Below, in pieces: positions 44,907 to 53,699 of a stretch of 64,000 nucleotides of DNA (the first letter of the stretch is position 1; each line of letters begins with the position of its first letter). The DNA is taken from IMG/VR virus record IMGVR_UViG_3300037307_000721; one strand, given 5' to 3'. The stretch is from a virus. The position numbers and the translations under genes are program-made. The notes under the pieces are model-generated. The model did no database searches. It was not told the DNA's origin and saw only the letters and a program-made list of their open reading frames with translations.

Positions 44907-45301
44907 AGTTCGAAGTCACCTGGAAACGAGACATCGTGGCGGAGTACGCCGCGGACGCAGCGGCGCAGGCGGTGCAGCGCCTGAACGGCGAGGACCCCGA
45001 GGACTTCGTGTTCCTCGTCAAGCCGAAGAAGCAGGGCGCGCACCGGGTCAAGGTCACGGTGGACCCGAAGCGCAAGACCGAGCAGGCGAAAGCCGACGTC
45101 GAGCCCGACAAGATCCTCGAGGACATCTTCCAGGCGGCCAAGGCGCACGGCGAGGAGAGTGAGCCCGAGCACGAGGTGGGCGACCTCCAGGAGGCGCTGT
45201 CGATCGCCTGGGCCAAGCTGAGCCCCGAGGCCAAGCGCGAGGTCCACGCGGAACTCGCCAACGGAACGATCTTCACCTGGATGGAGATCGACGAGGAGTA
45301 G
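44903..45301 (+). CDS. Hypothetical protein (HEVGDLQEAL)
   Basis: ATGA coupling. Confidence 0.75.
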   Translation: MKFEVTWKRDIVAEYAADAAAQAVQRLNGEDPEDFVFLVKPKKQGAHRVKVTVDPKRKTEQAKADVEPDKILEDIFQAAKAHGEESEPEHEVGDLQEALSIAWAKLSPEAKREVHAELANGTIFTWMEIDEE

Positions 45302-45655
45302 ATGGCCAAGGACAAGGGACCCATCAAGGCCGTGCCATCGTTCGGCTTCCTGCCGCGCGATGGGCACGAGAAACTATACAAGCTCGAGGAGCGCGCGCAC
45401 GAGATGCTCTCGGCGGTGGCCACGCATCGCAAGGACGCCTACGCCGAGGACTATTGGAACTGCGCCGTCCCCGAGGTCCTTCACAACGTGCTGGACATGT
45501 ACCAACCGAGCTCGGTGAAGCCGGCCGTCCTGCAGTGGATCCGGCGCGAGCTCGACCCCATACTCCAGCGCTTCTCCGAGCACCCCGATTGGGAGCTGCT
45601 CGACGAGCTCAAGATGATCGTCGCCGACATCGAGAGTCGGTTCGAAAGGAAGTAG
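45302..45655 (+). CDS. Hypothetical protein
   Basis: RBS GAGGAG. Confidence 0.75.
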   Translation: MAKDKGPIKAVPSFGFLPRDGHEKLYKLEERAHEMLSAVATHRKDAYAEDYWNCAVPEVLHNVLDMYQPSSVKPAVLQWIRRELDPILQRFSEHPDWELLDELKMIVADIESRFERK

Positions 45656-45657
45656 CC

Positions 45658-46032
45658 ATGTCGCTCAACTACGACCTGACCAAGATCAAGGACTTCAAGC
45701 AGCTCTACGTCTGCGAGGAGAACGAGCAGGAGGAGACCCAGCTCGACTCCACGACCGAGCGCATCATCTTCCTCGCCATGGAAGTCGACCTCGGGGAGAT
45801 CACCGAGAAGAACGTGGACGAGTGGCTCGTGCGCCTCGAGATGATGCGCATGGTGGGCTGGGCACCCAGGACGCCCATCACCCGCGCCGACATCGAGCGC
45901 CACATCGGGCTGCGCACCAACGTCGCGCCGAAGTCGCGCTCTCAGTACAAGACCAAGCTCGCCAAGCACATCGAGCGCGAGGCCGAGGACGCGGTGAAGC
46001 GTGCCAAGCGAAACACCGCCCAAGCCGCCTAG
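45658..46032 (+). CDS. Conserved phage protein (ITEKN..EW..R...HIGL.TNV)
   Basis: RBS AAAGGA. Confidence 0.8.
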   Translation: MSLNYDLTKIKDFKQLYVCEENEQEETQLDSTTERIIFLAMEVDLGEITEKNVDEWLVRLEMMRMVGWAPRTPITRADIERHIGLRTNVAPKSRSQYKTKLAKHIEREAEDAVKRAKRNTAQAA

Positions 46033-46387
46033 CTTCACCTGCCCGCGCTGCGGCACGGTCTCGTACCACCCGAAAGACGTCATCTACGGCTACTGTGGCG
46101 CGTGCCACGACTTCACGCGGATGCAGATCGTCGACTATCTGGACATCGAAACGTCGCAACTCGGCTTCCGCCGACGTGAGGACTGGCCGGAGCTGCGCAA
46201 GTCGATGGAGGAAATCTCCGAGATCATCCGCCAGTCGGGAGCTATCGTCATGCTCCACGGGCACAACCTGTTTCGCTCGGTGCACGGCTACGAACCGCCG
46301 GCGGACCACCGCTTCTCGCTCGCCGAAATCGACGAGCTCTGCAAGCGATACCTCGAGATGCACAAGGACAAGAAGGAGAAGCCATGA
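46001..46387 (+). CDS. Protein with N-terminal FTCPRCG...YCGACH Zn motif
   Basis: Motif; GTG start uncertain. Confidence 0.7.
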   Translation: MPSETPPKPPSFTCPRCGTVSYHPKDVIYGYCGACHDFTRMQIVDYLDIETSQLGFRRREDWPELRKSMEEISEIIRQSGAIVMLHGHNLFRSVHGYEPPADHRFSLAEIDELCKRYLEMHKDKKEKP

Positions 46388-46815
46388 GCGGTGAGAACAT
46401 GAACGTGGCGGAGCTCTATCGCCAGCTCTGCCTCGCCGCGAACGAGTACAGCTCGTTCCGCTGCAACATGGTGAGCTCGCCTGTGGTGACCCCACAGCAG
46501 ATCGAGCTCGCCATCAAGAAGGCCGACCGCGTGGTCGCCTTCCTGCGCATGCTCCAGGCCCGGCAGAAGCTCGAGGCCGCCAGCGTGCCCGAGGTCGCGG
46601 CGCCGCCCCAGCCCGCGCCGCCCGCGCCGCCGCCGGTCGCTCCGGTCTACCCGGACGGCACGGTGCTCGGCATTGGCAAGGACGGCCTGCCTCCGGGCGC
46701 GCCGCCCTGCTCGGCCTGGGAGTGCTCCGGCTGCCACGAGATCCTCTGGGTCATCGGCGCCACGCGCCCGGTGCGCTGCCCCTGCTGCGGGGTGGCCTTC
46801 CAGTTCCCAGGCTGA
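46384..46815 (+). CDS. Hypothetical protein, Pro linker and C-terminal Zn ribbon
   Basis: RBS AGGAG. Confidence 0.75.
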   Translation: MSGENMNVAELYRQLCLAANEYSSFRCNMVSSPVVTPQQIELAIKKADRVVAFLRMLQARQKLEAASVPEVAAPPQPAPPAPPPVAPVYPDGTVLGIGKDGLPPGAPPCSAWECSGCHEILWVIGATRPVRCPCCGVAFQFPG

Positions 46816-46818
46816 ACC

Positions 46819-47178
46819 ATGCACCAGATCAAGGTGCCGGCCACCTGGACCGACGACTGCCAGGGCAAGAAGGACTACGACGGGGAGCTCATCGCCATCT
46901 CCACCAGGTACTGGCCGCGGGGCGGAGGCTACTCGATGTTCGACTCGAGCAGCCGTGCCTGGGAGGAGAACGAGGACAGGCCCGGGATCGGCCCACACGC
47001 GCACACCGCCATCCTGGTCCGTGGTCCCGAGGACGAGTACTACGAGCTCGTCTCGGCCGAGTTCCACGGCGAGACCTTCGAGGAGGTCGCAAAACAGGTG
47101 GAGGCCTGGGCGCAGAAGACGTACAACCGCATCATCAAGCTACTCGTCGGCGAGTTCGGCGAGCTGAAGGAGCCCTGA
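46819..47178 (+). CDS. Hypothetical protein
   Basis: Codon bias. Confidence 0.75.
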   Translation: MHQIKVPATWTDDCQGKKDYDGELIAISTRYWPRGGGYSMFDSSSRAWEENEDRPGIGPHAHTAILVRGPEDEYYELVSAEFHGETFEEVAKQVEAWAQKTYNRIIKLLVGEFGELKEP

Positions 47179-47573
47179 TGGACCCGATGAAGATGCTCCA
47201 GGCGATGGAGGCGAAGACGGCCGAGCGCCTGAAGGCCGAGTGCCAGCTGCCCGCCTTCATCCTCGCGTTCCTGCGCGTGCTCGAGGACAAGGGCGTGCTG
47301 ACCGGCGGCGACATCACGCGCATCTACAGCCTGTCCGAGACGGGCGCTGGGATGTTCTTCACCCTGTTCGAGTCGAGCATCCTCGCCGCCGATCTCACGG
47401 AGGGCGACCCCGAGGACGAGGCCAAGGGCAAGATGCTTGCGCTCAAGATCCTCGAGTCAGGGCGCTGGTTGCTCAAGCAGCCCATCGACCCGCGCATGCG
47501 GACTCAGCTCGAGGAGGCCCTGCGCGAGAGCGAGCTCGCCGCCGAGGAAGCCGCGAAGAACGAGGACGGCTGA
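47178..47573 (+). CDS. Hypothetical protein
   Basis: RBS AAGGAG, TGATG coupling. Confidence 0.75.
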   Translation: MDPMKMLQAMEAKTAERLKAECQLPAFILAFLRVLEDKGVLTGGDITRIYSLSETGAGMFFTLFESSILAADLTEGDPEDEAKGKMLALKILESGRWLLKQPIDPRMRTQLEEALRESELAAEEAAKNEDG

Positions 47574-47923
47574 TGCGCGGCTACCGAGGGCAGAAGGGCA
47601 CGAGCTTCAACTTCAACTCGGACTTCTCTGGCGACCTCATCCTCGAGACCAGAGAGGAACCGGAGCTGCACGAGCTCGTCATCCCGAGCTCGTGCGGCAC
47701 GCCGCAGTACCGCTACTGGCGGGTCAAGGTACCGGCGTCGGACGTCTGGGAGCTCGTGCTGACTCGTCTGGCGCATCGCGCCGTGAGCATGCTGGAGGAC
47801 GACCATGGGCTCGTCGAGATCATCGCCGAAGCCGCCATCCGGTTCCTCGACCACTCCGGAGGCAAGCTCCTCCGGCGGCTCCTTCTCGTCCCAGACCATG
47901 TCCCGGATGCTGGAGATCGCTGA
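47573..47923 (+). CDS. Hypothetical protein (FNFNSDFSGD)
   Basis: TGATG coupling. Confidence 0.7.
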   Translation: MRGYRGQKGTSFNFNSDFSGDLILETREEPELHELVIPSSCGTPQYRYWRVKVPASDVWELVLTRLAHRAVSMLEDDHGLVEIIAEAAIRFLDHSGGKLLRRLLLVPDHVPDAGDR

Positions 47924-48053
47924 GGACCTCTACGACGAGGACCAGTGCTCGTTGGGCCTGCGCCACTGGAAGCGCGAGGAGCTCGAGGACTACGTGCGCC
48001 GAGCGGCCGAGCTCGCCGAGCTTGTCCTCGAGCACTACACTGGGCCAAAGTGA
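47898..48053 (+). CDS. Small hypothetical protein
   Basis: Codon bias. Confidence 0.55.
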   Translation: MSRMLEIAEDLYDEDQCSLGLRHWKREELEDYVRRAAELAELVLEHYTGPK

Positions 48054-48102
48054 CTGGACAAGCACATGCCGATCTGTCTACCTGGTAGCCATAGGAGATC
48101 AG

Positions 48103-48363
48103 ATGCAGACGGCTTGTCCAAACTGTCACGAACGCGGCGGACTCCGAGTCGATTCGATTCTGGAGGAGGGACCACAGGTCTATGACAAACCCTACGTCAG
48201 ATGCGAGCTCTGCCACTGGATCGGAACGCTCCGAGAGCTTGTCGCCGGACGCTTACTCCGATCCGGTGCGCGAGTTCGAAGAGCGCTTGCCCTCCAAGGC
48301 CATCAGGCTGGAGCTCCAGGCCATCGAAACGATCCTCCTGGCCCTGCTCCCACTCGATCCTGA
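48103..48363 (+). CDS. Small Zn-ribbon protein (CPNC...CELC); 3' part doubtful
   Basis: RBS AGGAG; overlaps 48182 ORF. Confidence 0.5.
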   Translation: MQTACPNCHERGGLRVDSILEEGPQVYDKPYVRCELCHWIGTLRELVAGRLLRSGARVRRALALQGHQAGAPGHRNDPPGPAPTRS

Positions 48364-48454
48364 GCAGAGCCGGCGCGCCATCCAGTACGCCATCGACTAC
48401 TACCACCTCGACGAGCGGAAGAAACGCCCGCTGGAAGAGGCGGTTAGAAGATGA
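48182..48454 (+). CDS. Hypothetical protein
   Basis: C-terminal two-thirds with native codon bias. Confidence 0.6.
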   Translation: MTNPTSDASSATGSERSESLSPDAYSDPVREFEERLPSKAIRLELQAIETILLALLPLDPEQSRRAIQYAIDYYHLDERKKRPLEEAVRR

Positions 48455-48457
48455 TTC

Positions 48458-48517
48458 TTGACGAGCCCTCCGCACCCACGTAGCCTGGATGGCGGGTGGG
48501 CGGGACGAACAGATTGG
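48458..48517 (+). promoter_or_regulatory. Promoter TTGACG-N17-TAGCCT followed by GGCGGGTGGGCGGG
   Basis: Matches 10543 and 57580. Confidence 0.75.
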
Positions 48518-48523
48518 TATGCT

Positions 48524-48784
48524 ATGCCCTCTGAGCCGCTGAAGCAGATCTACCTGGCCGAGCTGCGTCGGGGCAGAAGCGACCGCGCCGTCCTGGCGAA
48601 GGGCGCCTTCGACACCGCGATAGGGCTCGGCCATGAAGTCCTGTGCATCGTGTGCGGAGGCCTGATTCGCTCGCTGGACGGGTCGTTCTTCCTGTTCCTC
48701 GAGCACCCCAAGAAGGGAGAGCTGGTGGCCATGGCCTGCAGCGACATCTGCCTGCGGCGGGCCAGGGCCCACGGCATCCCATGA
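48524..48784 (+). CDS. Hypothetical protein (CIVC...CSDIC)
   Basis: Follows promoter. Confidence 0.7.
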   Translation: MPSEPLKQIYLAELRRGRSDRAVLAKGAFDTAIGLGHEVLCIVCGGLIRSLDGSFFLFLEHPKKGELVAMACSDICLRRARAHGIP

Positions 48785-49287
48785 GGTACAGCATGAAGCG
48801 AAAGCCAAGCATGAACAGCCTGGGCGCCGCGCTCCAGGGCTTCGGCGACCCGGAGGTTCCGGGCTCCGAGGAGCTCCGGCAGCTCATCATGAATTGCGTC
48901 ACGGCCGCCAACGGAGGCGACGAGAACGACTACCGCGTGGCCGAGATCATCGAGGGCCTCCTCGAGTCCTACCTGGCAGCCTGCGCCATGGAGGATGACG
49001 AGGACGAGGACGAGCTCAACACCCTGGACTTCGCCGAGGCCGAGCGCCTGTTCCTCGCCAGCTACGCGACCGCCTACGCGCAGTCGACCGGCCAGCGTCC
49101 CGAACAGGTCGAGTCGGGCGGATGGCCCGAGTTCCTGCCCGAGAGCGGAAGGTACACCCGAGAGCTCGTCATCGACCTGGGGCGACTCGTGGGCTTCCTC
49201 GACGTGCAGCGCTTCCGTGCGCTGCAGAGCTTCTTCATCGACGAGGAGCGCCGCAAGGCCAGGATGCAGCAACTCAGCGCGGAGTGA
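48781..49287 (+). CDS. Acidic hypothetical protein
   Basis: Codon bias; start may be 48793 or 48811. Confidence 0.75.
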   Translation: MRYSMKRKPSMNSLGAALQGFGDPEVPGSEELRQLIMNCVTAANGGDENDYRVAEIIEGLLESYLAACAMEDDEDEDELNTLDFAEAERLFLASYATAYAQSTGQRPEQVESGGWPEFLPESGRYTRELVIDLGRLVGFLDVQRFRALQSFFIDEERRKARMQQLSAE

Positions 49288-49293
49288 TCGAAG

Positions 49294-49593
49294 ATGGCCG
49301 AGCCAGAGCTCGCCGACGTCTACTACGTGGAGGAAGCCGGCGAGCTCAAGCTCGAACACTGCGACCTCTTTGTCTGCCTGCACTTCTCTCGCACGCTCAG
49401 CACCAAAGCCAAGGTCAAGCGCAGGTCGGACGACAAGCTCCTCGCCTACAGGATGAAGGACGCCCTGTCGACGAGCGAGCTCGAGGAAGAAAGCTTTGCC
49501 AAGCCTGGCCGAGGGCGACCGCCCAAGAACAAGGAAGCGGAGCTGGCGCTGGATTCTGATCCTGCCCCTGCTCTTCTGCTCGACGACCTGTAG
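49294..49593 (+). CDS. Hypothetical protein with AT-hook-like PGRGRP
   Basis: RBS GGAG. Confidence 0.65.
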   Translation: MAEPELADVYYVEEAGELKLEHCDLFVCLHFSRTLSTKAKVKRRSDDKLLAYRMKDALSTSELEEESFAKPGRGRPPKNKEAELALDSDPAPALLLDDL

Positions 49594-49777
49594 CGAGTGC
49601 GGCGACGGCCGCTTCTGCTACCGCTACTGCCAAGAACAACTGGGACCGAGGGCCGATGTCCAGGAGGGCATCGAGATCAGCGGCGACGGCCAGCACTGCA
49701 TCTGCAAGGTGGCCGTGAAGCTGCCGGCCCAGCCCAAGGCAGAGGCCCCGGACCCCAAAGCGCAGGCGCCGAAGTAG
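49496..49777 (+). CDS. Possible secreted Cys-rich protein (start uncertain)
   Basis: WRWILILPLLFC signal-like segment, six Cys. Confidence 0.55.
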   Translation: MPSLAEGDRPRTRKRSWRWILILPLLFCSTTCSECGDGRFCYRYCQEQLGPRADVQEGIEISGDGQHCICKVAVKLPAQPKAEAPDPKAQAPK

Positions 49778-49801
49778 CTCCTGCGAGAGAGGTACAGAGC
49801 C

Positions 49802-50212
49802 ATGGCGAAAGTGAAACCCATCAGACCCCCGCTGACCTTCGTGAACTGGGAGGTCGGCGTGGACCTGCGGCATCTCGGTTGGAACCGCAGGGACCTCGAG
49901 AAGATCGCCCGCAAGTACAAGCTGCGCGACGGGCAGGCGGTCATCTTCTTCAACAACGCTCGCGACTTCGGCGGCTCGGGCTCGCACACGCCCAAGGCCC
50001 GGATCGTCTGGCAGTGCAACGGCCAGGTCCTCTCGCTCATCCCCGCGGTGGACGAGGGCGCGAAGCAGGTGAGCTACCAGCTGCTCCTGAACGAGTGGCT
50101 GCGCGCCACCTTCTCCTGCCCGGGCAACCTGGTCGAGGCCATGAACGGCTTCGACACGTCGCTCGAGCGCAGGCTCGCGGCTCGTCAGGCCGCGGTCAAG
50201 AGGGCCAGCTGA
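49802..50212 (+). CDS. Hypothetical protein
   Basis: RBS GAGGT. Confidence 0.8.
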   Translation: MAKVKPIRPPLTFVNWEVGVDLRHLGWNRRDLEKIARKYKLRDGQAVIFFNNARDFGGSGSHTPKARIVWQCNGQVLSLIPAVDEGAKQVSYQLLLNEWLRATFSCPGNLVEAMNGFDTSLERRLAARQAAVKRAS

Positions 50213-50565
50213 TGGCCTGGAAGCGCGCCAAGGGCAACGGCCGGCTCTTCTCCGAGAAGCAGAAGGACCGCATGGTCCAGATGGTGCTCGACGGCAAGAG
50301 CAAGGCCGAGGTCATCAAGGAGGTCGGTTGCCACCGCTCGTGCCTGGACTACATCCTGGTCGAGCGGTTCGGCACGCCCACGGTCAAGCCGGGCATGAAG
50401 CCGAAGGGCGCCAAGAAGATCGACGTCGAGGAGACCGGGCCGGCGCTCGACGAGGGTGAGCGTGACTACCTGCTCTGGGCACTTCGAGGGGCGCTCAACA
50501 AGGTCGGGGGCGCGAGCTATGTCGACCGGCTCATCGCCGACATCCGGGATGGCCGACTGGATTGA
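50212..50565 (+). CDS. HTH DNA-binding protein
   Basis: FSEKQK..MVQMVLDGKSKAEVIKEVGCHRSCL. Confidence 0.75.
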   Translation: MAWKRAKGNGRLFSEKQKDRMVQMVLDGKSKAEVIKEVGCHRSCLDYILVERFGTPTVKPGMKPKGAKKIDVEETGPALDEGERDYLLWALRGALNKVGGASYVDRLIADIRDGRLD

Positions 50566-51352
50566 GCCTCCGCCGCGCCCCTGCGTGGGCTGCAGCTACT
50601 GCTGCAAGGTGGCGCCCTGCATCCCGGGCTTCCTGGTCTACGGGCCGGGCAAGCCCTGTGGGGCCCTGCGCTGGGACGCCCGGGGCGGGCGCTACCTCTG
50701 CGGCGTCGTGCTCGACGAGCCGGAGCGCACCCGAGACAAGCTGAAGGAGCAGATGGCCATCGGCGCCGGCTGCTCGTCGCCGCTCTTCAACGAGGAGCGA
50801 GAGAGGATGATTCAGATGACACGCGGCAAGATCAAGGACACGCACGCCGGGGTCAGGCTCGTGGAACGCCTCGACGGGGTCGTCTCGCTCGAGGAGCTGC
50901 GCAAGCGCCTCACGGACGGGGACGTCGAGTACCTGCGCCGCCAGTCGGTGACGCGCTCGCTCTGCCGAACCGCGGCCCCGGATGGCACCTGGGTCTACAT
51001 GGTGGTGAATCGCAAGACGAAGAGCATCATCACCATCCTGACTCAGGAGCTCGCCGAGGAGCTCTACAGGCAGATCGGCCGAGACCCACGGGAGCTCAAG
51101 CTCGTCCCGCCCGACCTCAAGCAATGCCAGGGTGAGAAGCGCGAGGGAGGCCCGTACTCCTTCATGACGCTCGGGCCAATCCCGCCCCTGAAGCGCTGCA
51201 CGAACGCGCCGACCGTCGTCGTGCGCGAGACCAAGCCGGCCGAGGACGGACTGCAGGGTTCGATGTCGCTCTGCGACGAGTGCCTCGAGGCCTTTCGGAA
51301 GCAGAACCCGCACGCCAGCTACAGCGTGAAGGAGATCAAGCGCGATGGGTAG
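50549..51352 (+). CDS. Three-module protein: CxxCxxCC cluster + HAxxRxxER domain + Zn ribbon
   Basis: CVGCSYCC; THAGVRLVER; C...C...CDEC. Confidence 0.75.
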   Translation: MADWIEPPPRPCVGCSYCCKVAPCIPGFLVYGPGKPCGALRWDARGGRYLCGVVLDEPERTRDKLKEQMAIGAGCSSPLFNEERERMIQMTRGKIKDTHAGVRLVERLDGVVSLEELRKRLTDGDVEYLRRQSVTRSLCRTAAPDGTWVYMVVNRKTKSIITILTQELAEELYRQIGRDPRELKLVPPDLKQCQGEKREGGPYSFMTLGPIPPLKRCTNAPTVVVRETKPAEDGLQGSMSLCDECLEAFRKQNPHASYSVKEIKRDG

Positions 51353-52130
51353 CATCCAGATCGAAGGCATCCTCATCAGCAAGAACCGCAAGACGGGCTG
51401 CTCCATCAACGTCGACCAGTGCACGCCCACCCCGTGGTGCCGGCCGCACTGCTACCGCTGTTTCCGCGACGAGGTCATCATCGCCGAGAAGGGCTGGGAC
51501 ACGACGCCGAACTCGGGGCCCATCACCTGGCGCACGCAGCGCGAGTCCTACAAGCGCAACGAGCGAGCCATCATGCTGGCCGGCCAGGAGGGCAGGCTCG
51601 ACACCGCGGCCGCGCTCATCGCATGTCGGCTGAAGGACCCGGACCCGCTGCGCGGCAACGGCACGGGCGACCTGTTCCCCGAGCTCTGCGAGCTCTACGC
51701 CCGCATCGCGTTCCACGGCAAGCCGGTGTTCCTCTTCTCGCGCCGGCCGGCCATGATCCGCGAGCTCCTCGACGTCTGCGATGGGTTGGAGCTCGATCCG
51801 GCGAAGCGGCCGTTCGTCCTGGGGTCCATCGACCCCTCGACCACGCTCTGCGAATGCCACCAGCTCGTCGAGGCCACGGCAGCGATCAACGGGCGCCCGG
51901 TGCTGGCCTACGCTACGGACAAGGGCGGAGGCATGGGCTGCGGCGAGGTTCGGGCGCATCGCTTCAGCCAGTACATCCAGGTGGTCTTCGGCTACCACAC
52001 GAACTTCATCAAGACCGTGATTCCGCATCCGCTGGCCTGCCCAGCAACCAACGGGCGGCCAATCCACTGCCGCGAATGCCGAAAATGTTTCGGACTTGAC
52101 CAGGACACTCCAACGGTTCGACAATGTTAG
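51345..52130 (+). CDS. GP88-like (radical-SAM-derived) phage protein with recoded 3' end
   Basis: N.KTG.S..CTPT..C..HCY, LRGNGTGD, FLFSR, SID, CPAT..C..C..C. Confidence 0.7.
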   Translation: MGSIQIEGILISKNRKTGCSINVDQCTPTPWCRPHCYRCFRDEVIIAEKGWDTTPNSGPITWRTQRESYKRNERAIMLAGQEGRLDTAAALIACRLKDPDPLRGNGTGDLFPELCELYARIAFHGKPVFLFSRRPAMIRELLDVCDGLELDPAKRPFVLGSIDPSTTLCECHQLVEATAAINGRPVLAYATDKGGGMGCGEVRAHRFSQYIQVVFGYHTNFIKTVIPHPLACPATNGRPIHCRECRKCFGLDQDTPTVRQC

Positions 52131-52827
52131 TATCGTTGTCATGCCACAAGGAGTGCCCATGGGAAAGTACTCGGTGCGCTGCCGCGCGTGCGGCGCGCGA
52201 TTGGGTGCGATCACCGCCGCGCACGTTCGCGGACACGGAATGACTCTAGTCGCCTACATGCGCCGTTTCGGCGGCCCGCTAACCGCCGAGCTTGTGCGCC
52301 AGAGTCGAGGAAGAGCCAAGTCGCCGGAGCAGCGAAAATCGCTAGCCGAACGATTCTGGGAGAAGGTATCGCGTGGGGCTGAGGACGAGTGCTGGCTGTG
52401 GACCGGCGCCGGGGCTCGCACGAGCCGCTACGGCAACCTGATCCGCCCCGACGGCCAACACGCGCAGGCGCATCGCGTGGCGTGGGAGTTGGCGCATGGG
52501 CCCGTGCCTGACGGATTGCAGGTACTCCACACTTGCGATCATGGACTATGCGTCAATCCTGCTCACCTGTTTCTTGGAACGCAGCTCGACAACGTGTTGG
52601 ATATGGAACGCAAGGGCCGCCACGGGCGCGGCTACCAACTGGCACCTGGCTGCCGCCAAGGCGAGTGCAATGGCAATGCCAAGCTCACGGAGAAGCAGGT
52701 GCGACTGGCTAAGCAACTGGCGGCGCGTGGCATGCGCCCGTGCGACATACAAGAGCGGACAGGCATCAAGAAGAACACGCTGTTTCACATTCTGAGCGGA
52801 CGCCAGTGGACGCATGTCGAACCATGA
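52020..52827 (+). mobile_element. HNH homing-endonuclease cassette 5 (replacement 3' gene end + HNH)
   Basis: Lower GC; two versions of the gene tail flank the HNH; boundaries approximate. Confidence 0.85.
52141..52827 (+). CDS. HNH endonuclease with N-terminal C2H2-like motif and C-terminal HTH
   Basis: RFWEKV..CWLWTG..AHRVAWEL..HTCD..CVNPAHLFLGTQLDN. Confidence 0.9.
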   Translation: MPQGVPMGKYSVRCRACGARLGAITAAHVRGHGMTLVAYMRRFGGPLTAELVRQSRGRAKSPEQRKSLAERFWEKVSRGAEDECWLWTGAGARTSRYGNLIRPDGQHAQAHRVAWELAHGPVPDGLQVLHTCDHGLCVNPAHLFLGTQLDNVLDMERKGRHGRGYQLAPGCRQGECNGNAKLTEKQVRLAKQLAARGMRPCDIQERTGIKKNTLFHILSGRQWTHVEP

Positions 52828-52900
52828 GAAGGAGTGCCCCGCGACGGCCGGACAGCACGTCAAGTGCACCGAGTGCCGGCGCTGCTTCGGGCCGGAATGA
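52823..52900 (+). pseudogene. Stranded original 3' end of the GP88-like gene
   Basis: HEKECPATAGQHVKCTECRRCFGPE* vs HPLACPATNGRPIHCRECRKCFGLD. Confidence 0.85.
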
Positions 52901-52956
52901 GCTTGATCTATCCCATGCCCTAGCGGCAGAATGTCCTCGAGGTATAGGAGAAAGCC

Positions 52957-53262
52957 ATGAAGAAGATCGAGGGACTCAACAGCAAAGAGCAGGTGCTTCT
53001 CAACGTCTTCGCCGACGGGAAGGAGCACACCATCCGCGAGCTCAAGAAGCTCTTCCTCCACGAAGCGGCGGCCCGTCTGGCCGGGCACTACAAGGGCTGG
53101 GGCAAGAAGGATGTCGACGCCACGGCCCAGAGCTACGTGCGCAACTCCCTGCGCAAGCTCGTCGCGCAGGAGTGGATCGAGCTCGTCGGGCGCGGGACCT
53201 ACAAGCGCACCGACAAGGCCGCCGACCGGTTCCGCCGGCTGAAGCAGAAGAAGGCCGCCTGA
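52957..53262 (+). CDS. Winged-helix-like DNA-binding protein
   Basis: RBS AGGAG; VRNSLRKLV..WIE..GRGTY. Confidence 0.75.
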   Translation: MKKIEGLNSKEQVLLNVFADGKEHTIRELKKLFLHEAAARLAGHYKGWGKKDVDATAQSYVRNSLRKLVAQEWIELVGRGTYKRTDKAADRFRRLKQKKAA

Positions 53263-53263
53263 C

Positions 53264-53588
53264 GTGCTGATCTACAAGTACGTCCTCGAGAAGAAGTACG
53301 GAGAGCAGACGATCGAGATGCCCTACATCTCGGTGCCCATCTCGTTCGGCCTGGACCCGCAGGGGCAGCTCTGCGTCTGGTGCCTGGTCGACACCTCGCA
53401 GCCCAAGACGCACGGGGGCGCGACGGACAACACTCGTCCACCGCTTCTTCGTGGGCCTGACGGGGCACGAGGGGCCGAGCCTCCCACTCGACGTCCTGCG
53501 CCGGGCGACGACATTCCTCGGCACGGTGAACGACGGCGGCTACATGCTGCACGGCTTCTACATGGGGTTCGAGCAGCCGAAGGCATAG
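53264..53588 (+). pseudogene. Small phage gene (IYKY.L...W.LVD...GTV) with apparent extra base in G run 53414-53418
   Basis: Removing one G restores ...TTLVHRFFVGLTGH...FLGTV..MLHGF to TAG 53586-53588. Confidence 0.7.
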
Positions 53589-53661
53589 GGCAAGAACGCA
53601 CCTCCCCCTTGCGCTGAAACCAGGTGGTTTGAGCGAGGGCCTGACCCTACACGAATTCAGC

Positions 53662-53690
53662 TCGACATGGCAAGCGAAAAAGTGTAGAGT
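53662..53690 (+). promoter_or_regulatory. Possible promoter TCGACA-N17-TAGAGT
   Basis: AT-rich gap before 53700. Confidence 0.5.
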
Positions 53691-53699
53691 GTTTTTCCC

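Noticed and set aside
53617-53670. Second hammerhead or tRNA-like element (GAAA followed by hairpins)
   Set aside because: No CUGANGA core and no cloverleaf/T-loop.
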